Source of the DNA: an uncultured Chloroflexia bacterium
GTDB lineage: Bacteria > Chloroflexota > Limnocylindria > Limnocylindrales > CSP1-4
Length of the DNA stretch: 64,000 bases
NCBI GenBank assembly: GCA_963819655.1
Contig: CAWFXA010000002.1
Coordinates: 640,001 to 704,000 of the forward strand
Direction of reading: 5' to 3'
The stretch's first letter is position 1, and every line of letters starts with the position of its first letter. A model generated the notes under the pieces. That model was not told the DNA's origin. It did not search any database and saw only the letters and a program-made list of their open reading frames with translations. Made by a program: the position numbers and the translations under genes. Below are positions 50,333 to 61,153 of this stretch, in pieces.

Positions 50333-50985
50333 TGGACGCCTGCGGCTGCGACGATCGATTCTCGATCTTCGACCGGGCATCGGCCGAGGCCGACCTGCAC
50401 AGGTATCGTCGCAACGGGCCGGATCGGACCACGCGCCTCCTCCTCGACATGATCCGCGCCGAGAGCGTACGAAATGCCAGCGTGCTGGACATCGGCGGCG
50501 GGATCGGAGTCGTCGACCATGAGTTGCTCCAGGAGGGCGCGGCACAGGCGGTGCTCGTTGATGCATCCGCGCCGTCGCTCGACGCCGCCCGGGAGGAGGG
50601 CCGCCGACGGAGCCACCTCGATCGCCTCGAGACTGTCCACGGGGATTTCGTGACGCAAGCAGCTGCCATAGAACCCGCGGACATCGTCACCCTCGACCGC
50701 GTCGTGTGCTGCTACCCGGACATGCCATCGCTGGTGCGGCTGTCGGCGACGCGGGCGCGCGCCATGTACGGGCTGGTGCTGCCGCGTGATCGCGCGATCA
50801 TCCGCGTGGGCTTGCGCCTGATGAATGTCTGGTTCCGGGTCCGCGGCATGACCTACCGGGCTTTCGCCCATCCGAACGACCGCATCGACGCGATCGTCGG
50901 GGAGGCCGGCCTGCGACCCCGCTCCGAGACCCGCACGTTCTTCTGGCGGGTCGTGCTCTATGAGCGCCAGCCCGCCCGATCCTGA
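50332..50985 (+). CDS. SAM-dependent methyltransferase (BchM-like group)
   Basis: VLDIGGGIG, DIVTLDRVVCCYPD; TGATG overlap with ligC. Confidence 0.8.
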
Positions 50986-50992
50986 GCGAAAC

Positions 50993-51072
50993 GTGACCTT
51001 CGGCCGCTGATTCGCGGTGCGCCGGCGCCCCGTTGACGCGGCCGCTCACCGGCGAGTGGGACCTTCGTCCCA
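50993..51072. promoter_or_regulatory. Two DosR/NarL-like boxes upstream of the GGDEF/HD-GYP gene
   Basis: GTGACCTTCGGCC 50993-51005 and the palindrome TGGGAC-CTTC-GTCCCA 51057-51072. Confidence 0.5.
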
Positions 51073-51144
51073 TGGTGGGCCGCTCGGTGCGCGTGCCTAA
51101 AGTCGGGTATCAGGGGAGCCACCCACTCGAGGCATCGTCAAGCA

Positions 51145-52983
51145 TTGTTCGGCACACGCGCGCGACCGCCACGGCCAGTGCTTCTGATCCTGGTCTACGG
51201 CGCCTTCCTGGCGATCGTCGGGGCCGCCGCCACGGCGCAGTCCTTCCTCGTCGGTGCGCACTTCTCGACCGCGACCCTCACCGGCCTGGTCGGGAGCGAC
51301 GCGGCGACGATCCGGGCGTTCGTGAACGCCTACGTGCAGCCCGACGTCCTGTCCGGGACGGCGACACCGTCACCGGCAGACGTCGCGCGACTCGAGGCGC
51401 AGCTCGCGACCCTGCCGCGCGCCGGCGAGATCCTGCGCGTCGAGCTCCGACGGCCGGATGGCACGATCGTCGCCGCTAGCGACCCGGGCCTCCATGGCAC
51501 GGCCACCCCGGCCTCCGGCGAGTTCGACCTCGCGCGCGGTGGGACCGCCCAGGCGGCCATGGGCCCCGCCGCTGAGTCCGGTGCCGGTCCTGCCGACTTC
51601 GCGTCGCCGATGATCCTGCGGGAGTTCCTACCGCTCAAGGTGGGCAGCGAGGTCCTCGGAGTCGTGGGCGTCTGGCGAGACGCCGTCCCGATCCTCGATC
51701 GACTCGACCAGATGCGGCGCGAGATCGTGATCGTCACGCTCACGGCCGGCCTGGTCGCGGCCGGCCTCCTGTTCATCGTCTTCCGCTCGGCGCAGCTGCG
51801 ACTGACTCGACAGACGGCGGCCCTCATCGAATCGACCCGCCGCGACCCGCTGACCGAGACCCTCAACCACGGCGCTCTCGTCGCGTGGTTGGCGGAGCAG
51901 ATCGAAGGGGCGCGCGATGAGGTCAGGCCGCTCGGGATCGCGCTGATCGACATCGACAACTTCCGGCTGCTCAACGACAACCATGGCCATGAAGCCGGCG
52001 ATCAGGCGTTGCTCGCGGTCGCAGGGACGCTCCGACAGCACGTCCCTGGCGGCATCGAGATGGGACGCTACGGCCCCGACGAGTTCCTGCTCGTCGCCTC
52101 ACCGACCGCCGTCGCCGACCTCGAGCCGGTCGTCGACCGCGTCCGGACGAGCCTGGTCGACCTCAGCCTCCGGTTTGCGGAGACCGAGCGGCTGCCCATC
52201 ACGGTCAGCGTCGGGATCGCCACCTTCCCCGACCACGGCACGTCCGTCACGACCCTGCTCGCGGGCGTCGTGCGGGTCCTCGAGGAGGCGAAGGCCAGCG
52301 GCGGCGACACCGTCCGCCACGCCGCCGATCGCTCGGAGGACGACGCCGCGGCCAGCACCAGCTTCGATGTCCTGCAGGGCCTGGTCATCGCGGTCGACAC
52401 CAAGGACCGCTACACCAAGCGTCACTCCGAGGACGTCGCCCGCTACGCGACGTTCCTCGCGCGGCGGATCGACATGCCGGCGGACGAGATCCGGACCCTG
52501 GCCGTCGCTGGGCTGCTGCACGACATCGGGAAGATCGGTATCCCGGACGGGATCCTGCGCAAGCCGGGCCAGCTGACCGAAGCGGAGTACGCGATCGTGA
52601 AGCAGCACGTCGCACTCGGCGACATGATCGTCCGCGACCTGCCCGACGTCGCGGTGGTCCGGGCCGGCATCCGGCATCACCACGAACGGTGGGATGGGCA
52701 GGGCTACCTCGACCGGCTCGAAGGCGAGGCCATCCCTCTCATCGCGCGGATCCTTGCCGTGGCCGACGCCTTCTCGGCGATGACGACGACGCGCCCCTAT
52801 CGCAAGGCGCTCGACGTTCGAGAGGCCCTCGTGCGACTCGGTGACGCCGCAGGGACGCAGCTCGAGGAGCGCCTCGTCATCGCGTTCATCGATGGCATCG
52901 AGCGCGATGCCGATCCGCCGCTGCCCGGCGAGGCCGGGACCGAGCATGGCGCGCTGTGGGTCCCGAAGAGGTGGGTCGCGTGA
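51145..52983 (+). CDS. Membrane GGDEF + HD-GYP protein (degenerate GPDEF and GYL motifs)
   Basis: Two TM; DPLT, DIDNF, GHEAGD, RYGPDEF; HSEDVA, LHDIGKIG, HHERWDGQGYL. Confidence 0.88.
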   Translation: MFGTRARPPRPVLLILVYGAFLAIVGAAATAQSFLVGAHFSTATLTGLVGSDAATIRAFVNAYVQPDVLSGTATPSPADVARLEAQLATLPRAGEILRVELRRPDGTIVAASDPGLHGTATPASGEFDLARGGTAQAAMGPAAESGAGPADFASPMILREFLPLKVGSEVLGVVGVWRDAVPILDRLDQMRREIVIVTLTAGLVAAGLLFIVFRSAQLRLTRQTAALIESTRRDPLTETLNHGALVAWLAEQIEGARDEVRPLGIALIDIDNFRLLNDNHGHEAGDQALLAVAGTLRQHVPGGIEMGRYGPDEFLLVASPTAVADLEPVVDRVRTSLVDLSLRFAETERLPITVSVGIATFPDHGTSVTTLLAGVVRVLEEAKASGGDTVRHAADRSEDDAAASTSFDVLQGLVIAVDTKDRYTKRHSEDVARYATFLARRIDMPADEIRTLAVAGLLHDIGKIGIPDGILRKPGQLTEAEYAIVKQHVALGDMIVRDLPDVAVVRAGIRHHHERWDGQGYLDRLEGEAIPLIARILAVADAFSAMTTTRPYRKALDVREALVRLGDAAGTQLEERLVIAFIDGIERDADPPLPGEAGTEHGALWVPKRWVA

Positions 52984-54011
52984 GTCCCTCCTGGAAGGCG
53001 GCTGCGTCGCTCGTCGGCGCCGTGGCGATGGTCGTCACGCTCGGCGTTCAGCCCACGAACGCCGCAGTGCTGGCCACCGCCCGCAACGATTCCTATTCGG
53101 TGATGACCGGCAACCTGCTGACCGTCCCCGCCCCCGGCGTCCTGGACAACGACACGTTCGTCGTCGGGGCGGGCGCCGCCGACCTGCGTGACGACGTCAA
53201 CCATGGGTCGCTCACACTCGACGAGGACGGCGGGTTCCGGTATCAGCCGGCGAACGGGTTTGTCGGGACCGACCAGTTCAAGTACCGCATCCCGGGAGGC
53301 GTGCTGCTGCTTCTCCCGTCGAATACGGCGACGGTGACCATCACCGTGACGGCCCCGCCACCGACACCGACACCGACCCCCGCGCCCACGCCGGCGCCCA
53401 CTCCGGCGCCGACACCGGCGCCAACCGCGGCGCCGACACCGGCACCAACGCCGAAGCCCACGCCGACCCTGCCACCGCCACCGGCCGTGACCTTGCCGCC
53501 GGCGCCGACGATCGAGCCCCTCCCCACCGTCCGGCCCCTGCCGACGCTGCCGTCGCTTCCGTCCGCCTCCCCGATCTCGTCGGGGCGGCCCACGCCCACC
53601 CCGACTCCGCGACCCTCTGCCTCGGGTGAGACGCGCCCGGCATCGAACACGGATCCGTCGAACCCGCCGGCGATCGCACCGGGTGGTCCGATCGACTCCG
53701 GGGGCGGCGGGGCATCCGCCCGACCCGGATCAGACGAACCTGCTGCCCCCGTCGCAGGACCCGCGGAGCTGTTCGTCGTCCCGGCCGCCGGTTTCGAAGA
53801 TGGGCACGACTTCGACCCATCCTCGATGTCGTTCGCCGGGTTCGAATGGGCCGTCCCCGCGCTGGTCCTGACCGTGCCCGGGATCCTCATCGTCATCGCC
53901 GTGGTGGTCCAGACGATGATCGGGCTGGCCTGGCTGCCGGTCGCCCGCCGCTCGCTGGACAACGATCGGCGCCGCCGCCGTTCGGGTCTCGCCGCAGTCA
54001 GCTCTCGCTGA
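52980..54011 (+). CDS. Surface protein: signal peptide, Ig-like (Big_9/cadherin-like) domain, Pro-rich stalk, C-terminal TM
   Basis: ARNDSY..GVLDND..HGSLTL..DGGFRYQPANGFVGTDQFKY; PTPA repeats; TM followed by RRRRR. Confidence 0.8.
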   Translation: MSPSWKAAASLVGAVAMVVTLGVQPTNAAVLATARNDSYSVMTGNLLTVPAPGVLDNDTFVVGAGAADLRDDVNHGSLTLDEDGGFRYQPANGFVGTDQFKYRIPGGVLLLLPSNTATVTITVTAPPPTPTPTPAPTPAPTPAPTPAPTAAPTPAPTPKPTPTLPPPPAVTLPPAPTIEPLPTVRPLPTLPSLPSASPISSGRPTPTPTPRPSASGETRPASNTDPSNPPAIAPGGPIDSGGGGASARPGSDEPAAPVAGPAELFVVPAAGFEDGHDFDPSSMSFAGFEWAVPALVLTVPGILIVIAVVVQTMIGLAWLPVARRSLDNDRRRRRSGLAAVSSR

Positions 54012-55464
54012 CCTTCTTGCGCGGCGCGCGCTCGAGCTGACCAGCGCGATCCGGCCACTCGTAGCCGGCCCACGGGTCGTAGTCCGGATCCAGCTTCTCC
54101 TGCGGAGGCCGTTCTCCGTCGGGCACGTGGGTCAGATTGACCCGGACCCGATACCACAGCGACGAGCGGCCGCGCATCCCATCGACCAGGACGTCCGCCG
54201 GCTCGAGCGCCTCGGCGGCCGTCGGATGGCGCGCCTTCCAGCGCTCGAACCCCTCGAGTGCCTCGGCCTTCGATGCGGCGCGTGAGATCTCGATCACCGG
54301 GACGTTGGTGCGCCGCCTGCCGGTCGGGGTCGGGCGCGAGCCCTCCCAGTCGGTCGGGAGCCCGGCGTTGCGATCGCCCGCGGCGACCGCGGCAGCTCGT
54401 TCCGCGGCGACTTCCGGCGGTGGCCCGCCCGCCTCGCCTCGTCCCGTCTCGTACTCGGTGTCGGGTCTGCGCTTGCGCGACGGCTGCACCCGCGGCGGCT
54501 CACCGGCCTGCTTCGCGTAGTTCGGCGGCCACGGTGCGTCGCCCTCTCCCTCCGCCTCGTGCTTCGCCGACAGCTCGAGGAGGGCCTCCAGGGAGCCGAC
54601 GGCGTCGTCGATCCCGGCGCCCGGGTCGCCGATCGAGGCGTACCGCGCCGGCACCGTGGCGATCGTGAACGCCTCGGCTTCGCAGGTCGGCACCTCGTCC
54701 CAGGACAGGGGCATCGAGACCCGCGCGTCAGGCAGCGGCCGCACCGAATACGCCGATGCGACCGTGCGGTCCTTGGCGTTCTGGTTGTAGTCGAGGAACA
54801 CGCCCTGGCGCTCCTCTTTCCACCACTTGGATGTCGCCCTGCCCGGCATCCGCCGCTCGACGTCCCGGGCCAGGGCCAACGCGGCACGCCGCACCTCGGG
54901 ATACGTCCAGCGGCGCTCGATGCGCACGTTGATGTGGATCCCGCGCGATCCCGACGTCTTCGGCCAGCCGACCAGGTCGACGTCGGTCAGCGCCTCGTGG
55001 CACGCCATCGCCACATCGCGGATCTGCGGCCACTCGATGCCCGGCACCGGGTCGAGGTCGACCCGTAACTCGTCGGGATGGTCGAGGTCATCGGCGCGGA
55101 CGGGATGCGGGTTGAGATCGATGCAGCCGAGGTTGACGACCCAGATCAGAGCGGCAGCCTCGTCCACGACGATCTCGTCGGCGGTCCGGCCGGACGGGAA
55201 GGTGAGCTCAGCGGTCCTGATCCAGTCGGGCGTGTTGTCCGGTGCACGCTTCTGGAAGAACGGCTCCTTGGTGATCCCATCGACGAATCGCTTGAGGGCC
55301 ATCGGGCGCCCGCGGATGCCGGTCAGCGCACCGTCGGCGACAGCAAGGTAGTACTGGACCAGGTCGAGCTTCGTGTACCCGGTGTCTGGGAAGTACACCT
55401 TCTGCGGGTTGGAGATCGACACCTCGCGACCGCCGATCTCGAGGATCTCCTTGGGCGTCGGCAT
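53998..55464 (-). CDS. LigD-type primase-polymerase (Prim-PolC-like) with a long C-terminal extension
   Basis: ISNPQKVYFP, FFQKRAP, DELRVDLDP, KTSGSRGIH, VFLDYNQN, AYSVRP. Confidence 0.9.
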   Translation of the reverse strand: MPTPKEILEIGGREVSISNPQKVYFPDTGYTKLDLVQYYLAVADGALTGIRGRPMALKRFVDGITKEPFFQKRAPDNTPDWIRTAELTFPSGRTADEIVVDEAAALIWVVNLGCIDLNPHPVRADDLDHPDELRVDLDPVPGIEWPQIRDVAMACHEALTDVDLVGWPKTSGSRGIHINVRIERRWTYPEVRRAALALARDVERRMPGRATSKWWKEERQGVFLDYNQNAKDRTVASAYSVRPLPDARVSMPLSWDEVPTCEAEAFTIATVPARYASIGDPGAGIDDAVGSLEALLELSAKHEAEGEGDAPWPPNYAKQAGEPPRVQPSRKRRPDTEYETGRGEAGGPPPEVAAERAAAVAAGDRNAGLPTDWEGSRPTPTGRRRTNVPVIEISRAASKAEALEGFERWKARHPTAAEALEPADVLVDGMRGRSSLWYRVRVNLTHVPDGERPPQEKLDPDYDPWAGYEWPDRAGQLERAPRKKVSES

Positions 55465-55606
55465 AGGGGAACGATACGCTCGACAGCCATCCCGCCGGGA
55501 GGGATGATGCCAGGGCTCCGGCGCGACGCTGTCGATTCGGGTGCCGGCCGTTCGTCGTACGGGTGATGGTCACCGACCGAGGCCAGGAGCCACCAGGAGG
55601 CACGAC

Positions 55607-56008
55607 ATGCGCTACGCGATCCTCATCTACGACTCCGAGACTGCGAACCCATCGCCCGAACCGCCGGATCCCGAGATCCTCGGCGAGGTCATGTCCGCCT
55701 ACAGCGGCTACAGCCAGATGCTCAAGGACCGCGGCGCCTACCTGGGCGGCGAGGCCCTCCAGCCCAATCCGACCGCGACGACCCTGCGCCTCAAGGACGG
55801 CCAGACCGTCACGACCGACGGCCCGTTCGCTGAGACCAAGGAGGGGCTCGGCGGCTTCTACCTGATCGAGGCCAAGGATCTCGACGAGGCCTTGGCGCTT
55901 GCCGCGCAGTGCCCGGGCATCCGTGCAGGGACCATCGAGGTCCGGCCGGTCTGGGAGACCGCCGGGTCGGAGCAGGATCAGGCACCGGTCGGGGCGACCG
56001 CGGGCTGA
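55607..56008 (+). CDS. YciI/DGPF-family protein
   Basis: TDGPFAETKEGLGGFYLIEA..IEVRP; RBS aggagg. Confidence 0.9.
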   Translation: MRYAILIYDSETANPSPEPPDPEILGEVMSAYSGYSQMLKDRGAYLGGEALQPNPTATTLRLKDGQTVTTDGPFAETKEGLGGFYLIEAKDLDEALALAAQCPGIRAGTIEVRPVWETAGSEQDQAPVGATAG

Positions 56009-57302
56009 ACCTCGACACCGCCGCCACCCACGACATCGTCGACCGCCTGTTCCGCGAGGAGCAGGGACGGGCGGTCGCGACGCTCATCCGCGTCCTCGGC
56101 GACTTCGACCTCGCCGAGGAGGCGGTCCAGGACGCGTTCATCGCCGCACTCGAGGTCTGGCCCGACCGCGGCATCCCGGCAAATCCGGGTGCATGGATCA
56201 CGACGACCGCCCGGAACCGGGCGATCGACCGGATCCGCCGCCGTCGGAGACTTCGCGACAAGACCGACGAGCTGGCCCGCGATGCGGCGATCGAGGCGGA
56301 TCTGGCGGCGATCGAGACCGGCACCGGTTCGGACGACGACATGCCGATCGCCGACGATCGACTGCGCCTGATCTTCACGTGCTGTCACCCGGCCCTGCCG
56401 CTCGACGGCCGGGTCGCGCTGACGCTGCGCACGCTGGGCGGCCTCACGACACCCGAGATCGCGCGCGCGTTCCTCGTCCCCGAATCGACGCTGGCCCAGC
56501 GGCTGGTCCGTGCCAAGGGCAAGATCCGCGCGGCCGGCATCCCGTATCGCGTGCCGCCGCGCGAGCTGCTGCCCGAGAGGCTCGACGGCGTCCTGAAGGT
56601 GCTCTATCTCGTGTTCAACGAGGGCTACTCTGCGTCGTCGGGCGACGCCCTCGTCCGGCGCGAGCTGAGTGCCGAGGCGATCCGACTGGCACGGATCGTG
56701 GTCTCGTTGCTCCCCGACGAGCCCGAGGCGAGCGGGTTGCTGGCACTCATGCTCCTCCACGACGCCCGGCGCGATGCGCGCGTCGACGCGGCCGGTGATC
56801 TCGTGCTGCTCGAGCACCAGGATCGGAGTCGGTGGGATGCCGAGCGGATCGACGAGGGCCGCGCGCTCGTGGAGCGTGCGCTGCGGCTCGGTCGCGCAGG
56901 TCCCTACCAGATCCAGGCGGCGATCGCCGCGCTGCACGACGACGCGACCACGTGGGCCGCGACCGACTGGCCGCAGATCGTGGAGCTGTATCGACGCCAT
57001 CTCGCGTTCGATCCGTCACCGGTCGTGGAGCTCAACCTCGGCGTCGCCGTCGCGATGGCCGACGGGCCGGCCGTCGGCCTCGCGGTCATCGACGGCGTGG
57101 CGGCCGGTGGCCAGCTCGACGGCTACCCGTATCTGCACTCTGCGCGCGCGGACCTGCTCCGACGCCTCGATCGGCGATCGGAAGCGGCGGCGGCGTACGG
57201 TCGCGCCCTCGAGCTCACCACGAACCGGGCGGAGCGAGCCTTCCTCGAGCGGCGTTGGCAGGACTGTGCACGGCAGGCCCGGGAACGGAGCGCCTTTCCT
57301 GA
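56005..57302 (+). CDS. ECF42-type sigma factor with C-terminal DUF6596/TPR extension; frameshift at ~57255
   Basis: DLAEEAVQDAF, LRLIFTCCHPAL, QRLVRAK, LVFNEGY, QDRSRWD, GPYQIQAAIA; restoring one T gives RRLAGL..* at 57302; start uncertain (CTG 56005). Confidence 0.85.
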
Positions 57303-57372
57303 GGGGCGCCGTGATGGGCGGCGTCGGCGCCGCCCGACCGAGGGGCGGCTCCCGCGCACTACCATCGGTATC

Positions 57373-58146
57373 GTGACTCGTGGCCGGATCGTCGCGACCC
57401 TCGACCGGCCGCCGGTCGCCGTGGCGCTGTCCGCGGCGACGATCCTGGTGCCACTGCTCTTCGTGGTCGCGCTCCAGCCGCCCCTCGACCAGCCCTTCGC
57501 CAAGGACGTGACGCTGTACCTGGATGCCGCGGACCGGTGGCTGGCCGGCGGCCCGTTCTACGAGCCGCGTCAGCTGGCCGGACCGTACGAGGTCGCGCAC
57601 GGCGACATCCTCTATCCGCCAGTCGGGCTGTGGCTGTTCGCCCCGGCCGCGATCCTGCCGGAGATCCCGGCGCTGGTCCTGTGGTGGGGCATCCCGGCCG
57701 CCCTCACTGCATGGGCGATCCATCGGGTCGGGCCCCGACCCGCGGTCTGGCCGCTCATCGCGCTGTGTCTGGCCTGGCCGACGACGCCGCTCAAGATCTG
57801 GACGGGCAACCCGGTCATCTGGAGCATGGCCGCGATGGCGGTCGCGATCGTCTGGCGCGGTGGCGCCCCGTTCGCGCTGCTAAAGCCGAGCCTGTTCCCG
57901 TTCGCCCTGTTCGGGCTCCGGCAACGGGCGTGGTGGATCGGGCTCGGGATCTTTGTCGCGCTGTGCCTGCCGTTCGGCGCGATGTGGCTCGACTGGACCA
58001 CGACCGTTCTCAACGCGCAGGGTGGCGGGCTCCTCTATTCGACACTGGAAGCGCCGATGCTGGCGCTGCCGCTCGTTGCATGGGCTGGGCGGCGCCGCGA
58101 GCCGGCCGGACCGTCGGGCACGGATATGCCATCCTCGGGGGCATGA
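57373..58146 (+). CDS. GT87/GT-C-like polytopic membrane glycosyltransferase
   Basis: DVTLYLDAADRWLAGGPFY, LYPP, GN, LLKP motifs; own GTG with TACCAT 7 nt upstream. Confidence 0.65.
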   Translation: MTRGRIVATLDRPPVAVALSAATILVPLLFVVALQPPLDQPFAKDVTLYLDAADRWLAGGPFYEPRQLAGPYEVAHGDILYPPVGLWLFAPAAILPEIPALVLWWGIPAALTAWAIHRVGPRPAVWPLIALCLAWPTTPLKIWTGNPVIWSMAAMAVAIVWRGGAPFALLKPSLFPFALFGLRQRAWWIGLGIFVALCLPFGAMWLDWTTTVLNAQGGGLLYSTLEAPMLALPLVAWAGRRREPAGPSGTDMPSSGA

Positions 58147-58168
58147 TCCCGACCACTCCGGGGCGTCG

Positions 58169-59224
58169 ATGCTGACCGACGTCCTCGTTCTGCTCGTCAG
58201 CCTCGTCGTCATCCTGTTCGCGGCCGAGCTCTTCACCAACGGCATCGAATGGATGGGTCGCAAGCTCGGTCTCGGCGAAGGCGCCGTCGGATCGGTGCTT
58301 GCGGCGGTCGGCACCGCGCTGCCCGAGACCCTCATCCCGATCATCGCGATCGTCTTCGCGACGGCCGAGGGGTCGCACGAGGTCGGGGTCGGCGCGATCC
58401 TGGGCGCACCGTTCATGCTGTCGACGCTGGCGATGTTCGTGACGGGCGTGGCCATCGTCGCGTTCCGGGCGCGCCGGACGATGGGCACCGTCGTGGCCGT
58501 CGATACCGGGATCCTCGCGTACGACCTGCGCTACTTCTTCGTCGGGTACGGACTGGCCGTAGGGGCGGCCTTCCTGCCGGCAGACCTGTCCGCCGCTCGC
58601 TGGATCGTTGCGGTCGTCCTGATCGGCCTGTACATCTGGTATGTCAAGGGTCACTTGGCAGGCGAGGCGGCCGATCACAGCGAGGATCTCGCGCCGCTCC
58701 GGATGCGCACGCTCGATCGAGGCGCCTATCGACTCGAGCCAGGTGATCCGCGGCTCCGCGTCATCGTTCTCCAGGTCCTGGCGGCCATCGGCCTGATCAT
58801 CATCGGCGCGGTGTTCTTCATCGATGCCGTCAACAACGTCGCCCACACGCTCGGAGTGAGCGAGGTGCTCCTGGCCCTCGTGATCGCCCCGATCGCCACG
58901 GAACTGCCCGAGAAGTTCAACTCGATCATCTGGGTTCGCCAGGGCAAGGACACTCTCGCGCTCGGCAACATCACCGGCGCGATGGTCTTCCAATCGACGA
59001 TCCCGACCGTCGTCGGCCTGACCCTGGCAGCGGACACCTGGGTCGTCCAGGAGGGCTCGTACACGGCCTTTGCGTCGGCGGCGATCGCGCTCATCGCGAC
59101 TGCGGTGATCTTCATCCCGGCACGTCGGCGGGGCGGCCTGGAGGCGCGCCACCTGCTCGTCGGCGGGCTGTTCTACCTGGGTTACCTGATCTTCGTGGTC
59201 GGCCTGATCGCAGGCGTGTTCTAG
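58169..59224 (+). CDS. Sodium:calcium exchanger (CaCA) family antiporter
   Basis: Alpha repeats GTALPET and ATELPEK..GNITG. Confidence 0.88.
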   Translation: MLTDVLVLLVSLVVILFAAELFTNGIEWMGRKLGLGEGAVGSVLAAVGTALPETLIPIIAIVFATAEGSHEVGVGAILGAPFMLSTLAMFVTGVAIVAFRARRTMGTVVAVDTGILAYDLRYFFVGYGLAVGAAFLPADLSAARWIVAVVLIGLYIWYVKGHLAGEAADHSEDLAPLRMRTLDRGAYRLEPGDPRLRVIVLQVLAAIGLIIIGAVFFIDAVNNVAHTLGVSEVLLALVIAPIATELPEKFNSIIWVRQGKDTLALGNITGAMVFQSTIPTVVGLTLAADTWVVQEGSYTAFASAAIALIATAVIFIPARRRGGLEARHLLVGGLFYLGYLIFVVGLIAGVF

Positions 59225-59340
59225 CGTCTCCGCCTGGGCCCGCGCGGCTCGGGCTAGCACGACGGTCACGGGGTCATACTGTGGAGCGAGTCCAGCCGCC
59301 TGAGCGGGATGCCGTCGCGGCGGCCTGGCAGGAGGCCGAT

Positions 59341-60430
59341 ATGTCCGACGACACCCGCAGCCGTGACCACCCGACCGGCGCGGCGACGATGTCCGTGCCG
59401 ACCAGCGGGCCCGGCTTGATCCGGTCCATCGCTCATCGCCTCGCAGGCGAGCAACTCGGGCTGCCAGTCGAGGGGCACCTGGCATCGTTCAGCGGCGCGA
59501 CCGGCTGGCTCAACTCCGAGCCGCTGACGCCAGAAGGACTCCGGGGACGGGTGGTCCTCGTCGACTTCTGGACATACACGTGCGTCAACTGGCTCCGGAC
59601 GCTGCCCTATGTCCGGGCCTGGGCGGCGAAGTACGGCGACGCCGGCCTCACCGTCGTCGGGGTGCACACGCCGGAGTTCGGGTTCGAGCGAAACGTCGAC
59701 AACGTCGTACGCGAGTCGCGCAACTTCCGGGTCGAGTTTCCGATCGCACTCGACCCCGACTACGCGGTCTGGAGCGCGTTCGCGAACCACTTCTGGCCGG
59801 CCGTCTACATCGCCGACGTCGACGGACGGATCCGTTACCACCACTTCGGCGAGGGTGAGTACGCCGCGATCGAGATGGCGATCCAGCAGCTCCTCCTGGA
59901 CGCGGGCGTGGAAGACGTCGATCAGGATCTCGTGGACGTCGACCCCGTCGGGCTCGAGGTGGCCGCCGACTGGCGGACGCTCCAGTCTCCTGAGTCCTAC
60001 ACCGGCTATGGGCAGAGTGCCGGCTTCGCCCAGGGCGAGGTCGCTCGCTTCGACGAACCCCATGCGTACACCGCCCCCTCGCCATTGCCCCTCAACTACT
60101 GGGGGCTCGCGGGGACGTGGACGGTTGCCCGACACGCTGCCGTGGTGAACGAGCCTGGCGGACGGATCGCGTTCCGCTTCCATGCCCGCGACGTCAACCT
60201 CGTCATGGGACCGGCGTCGCGCGGTGCGTTCTATCCCGTTCCGGGTCTTCCTCGACGGTCAGCTCGCGCGGGACGTCCACGGGACCGACGTCGACCCCGA
60301 CGGCAGCGGAGTCGTGAACGACCAGCGCACGTATCAACTGATCCGCCAACGTGGGCCGATCGCCGACCGCACCTTCGAGATCGAGTTCCTCGATCGAGGT
60401 GCGGAGGCTTACTGCTTCACGTTCGGCTGA
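59341..60430 (+). CDS. Thioredoxin-like / DipZ C-terminal-like redoxin (TCVNW active site); +1 frameshift at ~60229
   Basis: WLNSEPL, DFWTYTCVNW, GVHTPEF, HHFGEGEY, SPESY, FHARDVNLVM, then PFRVFLDG..YQLIRQ..FTFG in the next frame. Confidence 0.85.
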
Positions 60431-60442
60431 GGCGGGAACGAT

Positions 60443-61153
60443 ATGGCCGACGATCCTTCGACTTCGGACGCACCCGTACCCGCACCCGCAGTCGCATTGT
60501 CGCCACGCGATCCCGTCGCACCGATCGTCGTGCCGAACACGCTCTGGCGGGCCGCAGATCCGGAGGCGTACGGCGGGGGTCAACCCAGCGACATCACCCA
60601 CCTGGCCGAGTTCGAGGCGAGCGGGCTCGGTCGACGAGACGACGCACGCTGGTCGGGCGCCCTCGAGGTCATCCCGACCAAGGCCGACGTCGTGCTCGAC
60701 CTGATCCGGTTGAACAGCCTATGGCCATTGCTCTCGGGCCTCGCCTGCTGCGCCATCGAGATGATCTCGGCGGCGACCAGCAAGAACGATATGGACCGGT
60801 TCGGCTGGTTCCCGTTCCGGGCCAGCCCACGCCAGGCCGACGTCCTGATCGTCGCCGGGACGTGCACGACGAAGATGGCCGGTCCGCTCATCCGGCTGTG
60901 GGACCAGATGCCGGAGCCCAAGTGGTGCATCGCCCTGGGCGACTGCACCTGCTCCGGCGGTCGCTATAAGCGGAGCTATTCGACGATCGAGGGGATCGAC
61001 CGGATCATGCCCGTCGACATCTACATCCCCGGCTGCCCGCCGCGGCCGGAGGGTCTGATCTTCGGGTTCCTCAAGCTCCAGCAGCTGATCAAGGACCGTC
61101 GCGGCCACTGGCCGGAGCGGGCGATCGGGCCGAACGTGCCGGACGGCGTCTAG
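60443..61153 (+). CDS. nuoB: Orphan NADH-quinone oxidoreductase subunit B-like 4Fe-4S protein
   Basis: [45 protein letters not shown]; no other nuo gene in the window. Confidence 0.9.
   Translation: MADDPSTSDAPVPAPAVALSPRDPVAPIVVPNTLWRAADPEAYGGGQPSDITHLAEFEASGLGRRDDARWSGALEVIPTKADVVLDLIRLNSLWPLLSGLACCAIEMISAATSKNDMDRFGWFPFRASPRQADVLIVAGTCTTKMAGPLIRLWDQMPEPKWCIALGDCTCSGGRYKRSYSTIEGIDRIMPVDIYIPGCPPRPEGLIFGFLKLQQLIKDRRGHWPERAIGPNVPDGV

Noticed and set aside
55909-58146. Apparent 745-aa ECF42 sigma factor-membrane glycosyltransferase fusion
   Set aside because: Adding one T at ~57255 restores a normal sigma end (RRLAGL..stop 57302). The linker is Arg-rich off-frame sequence, and the GT-like gene has its own TACCAT + GTG start at 57373.
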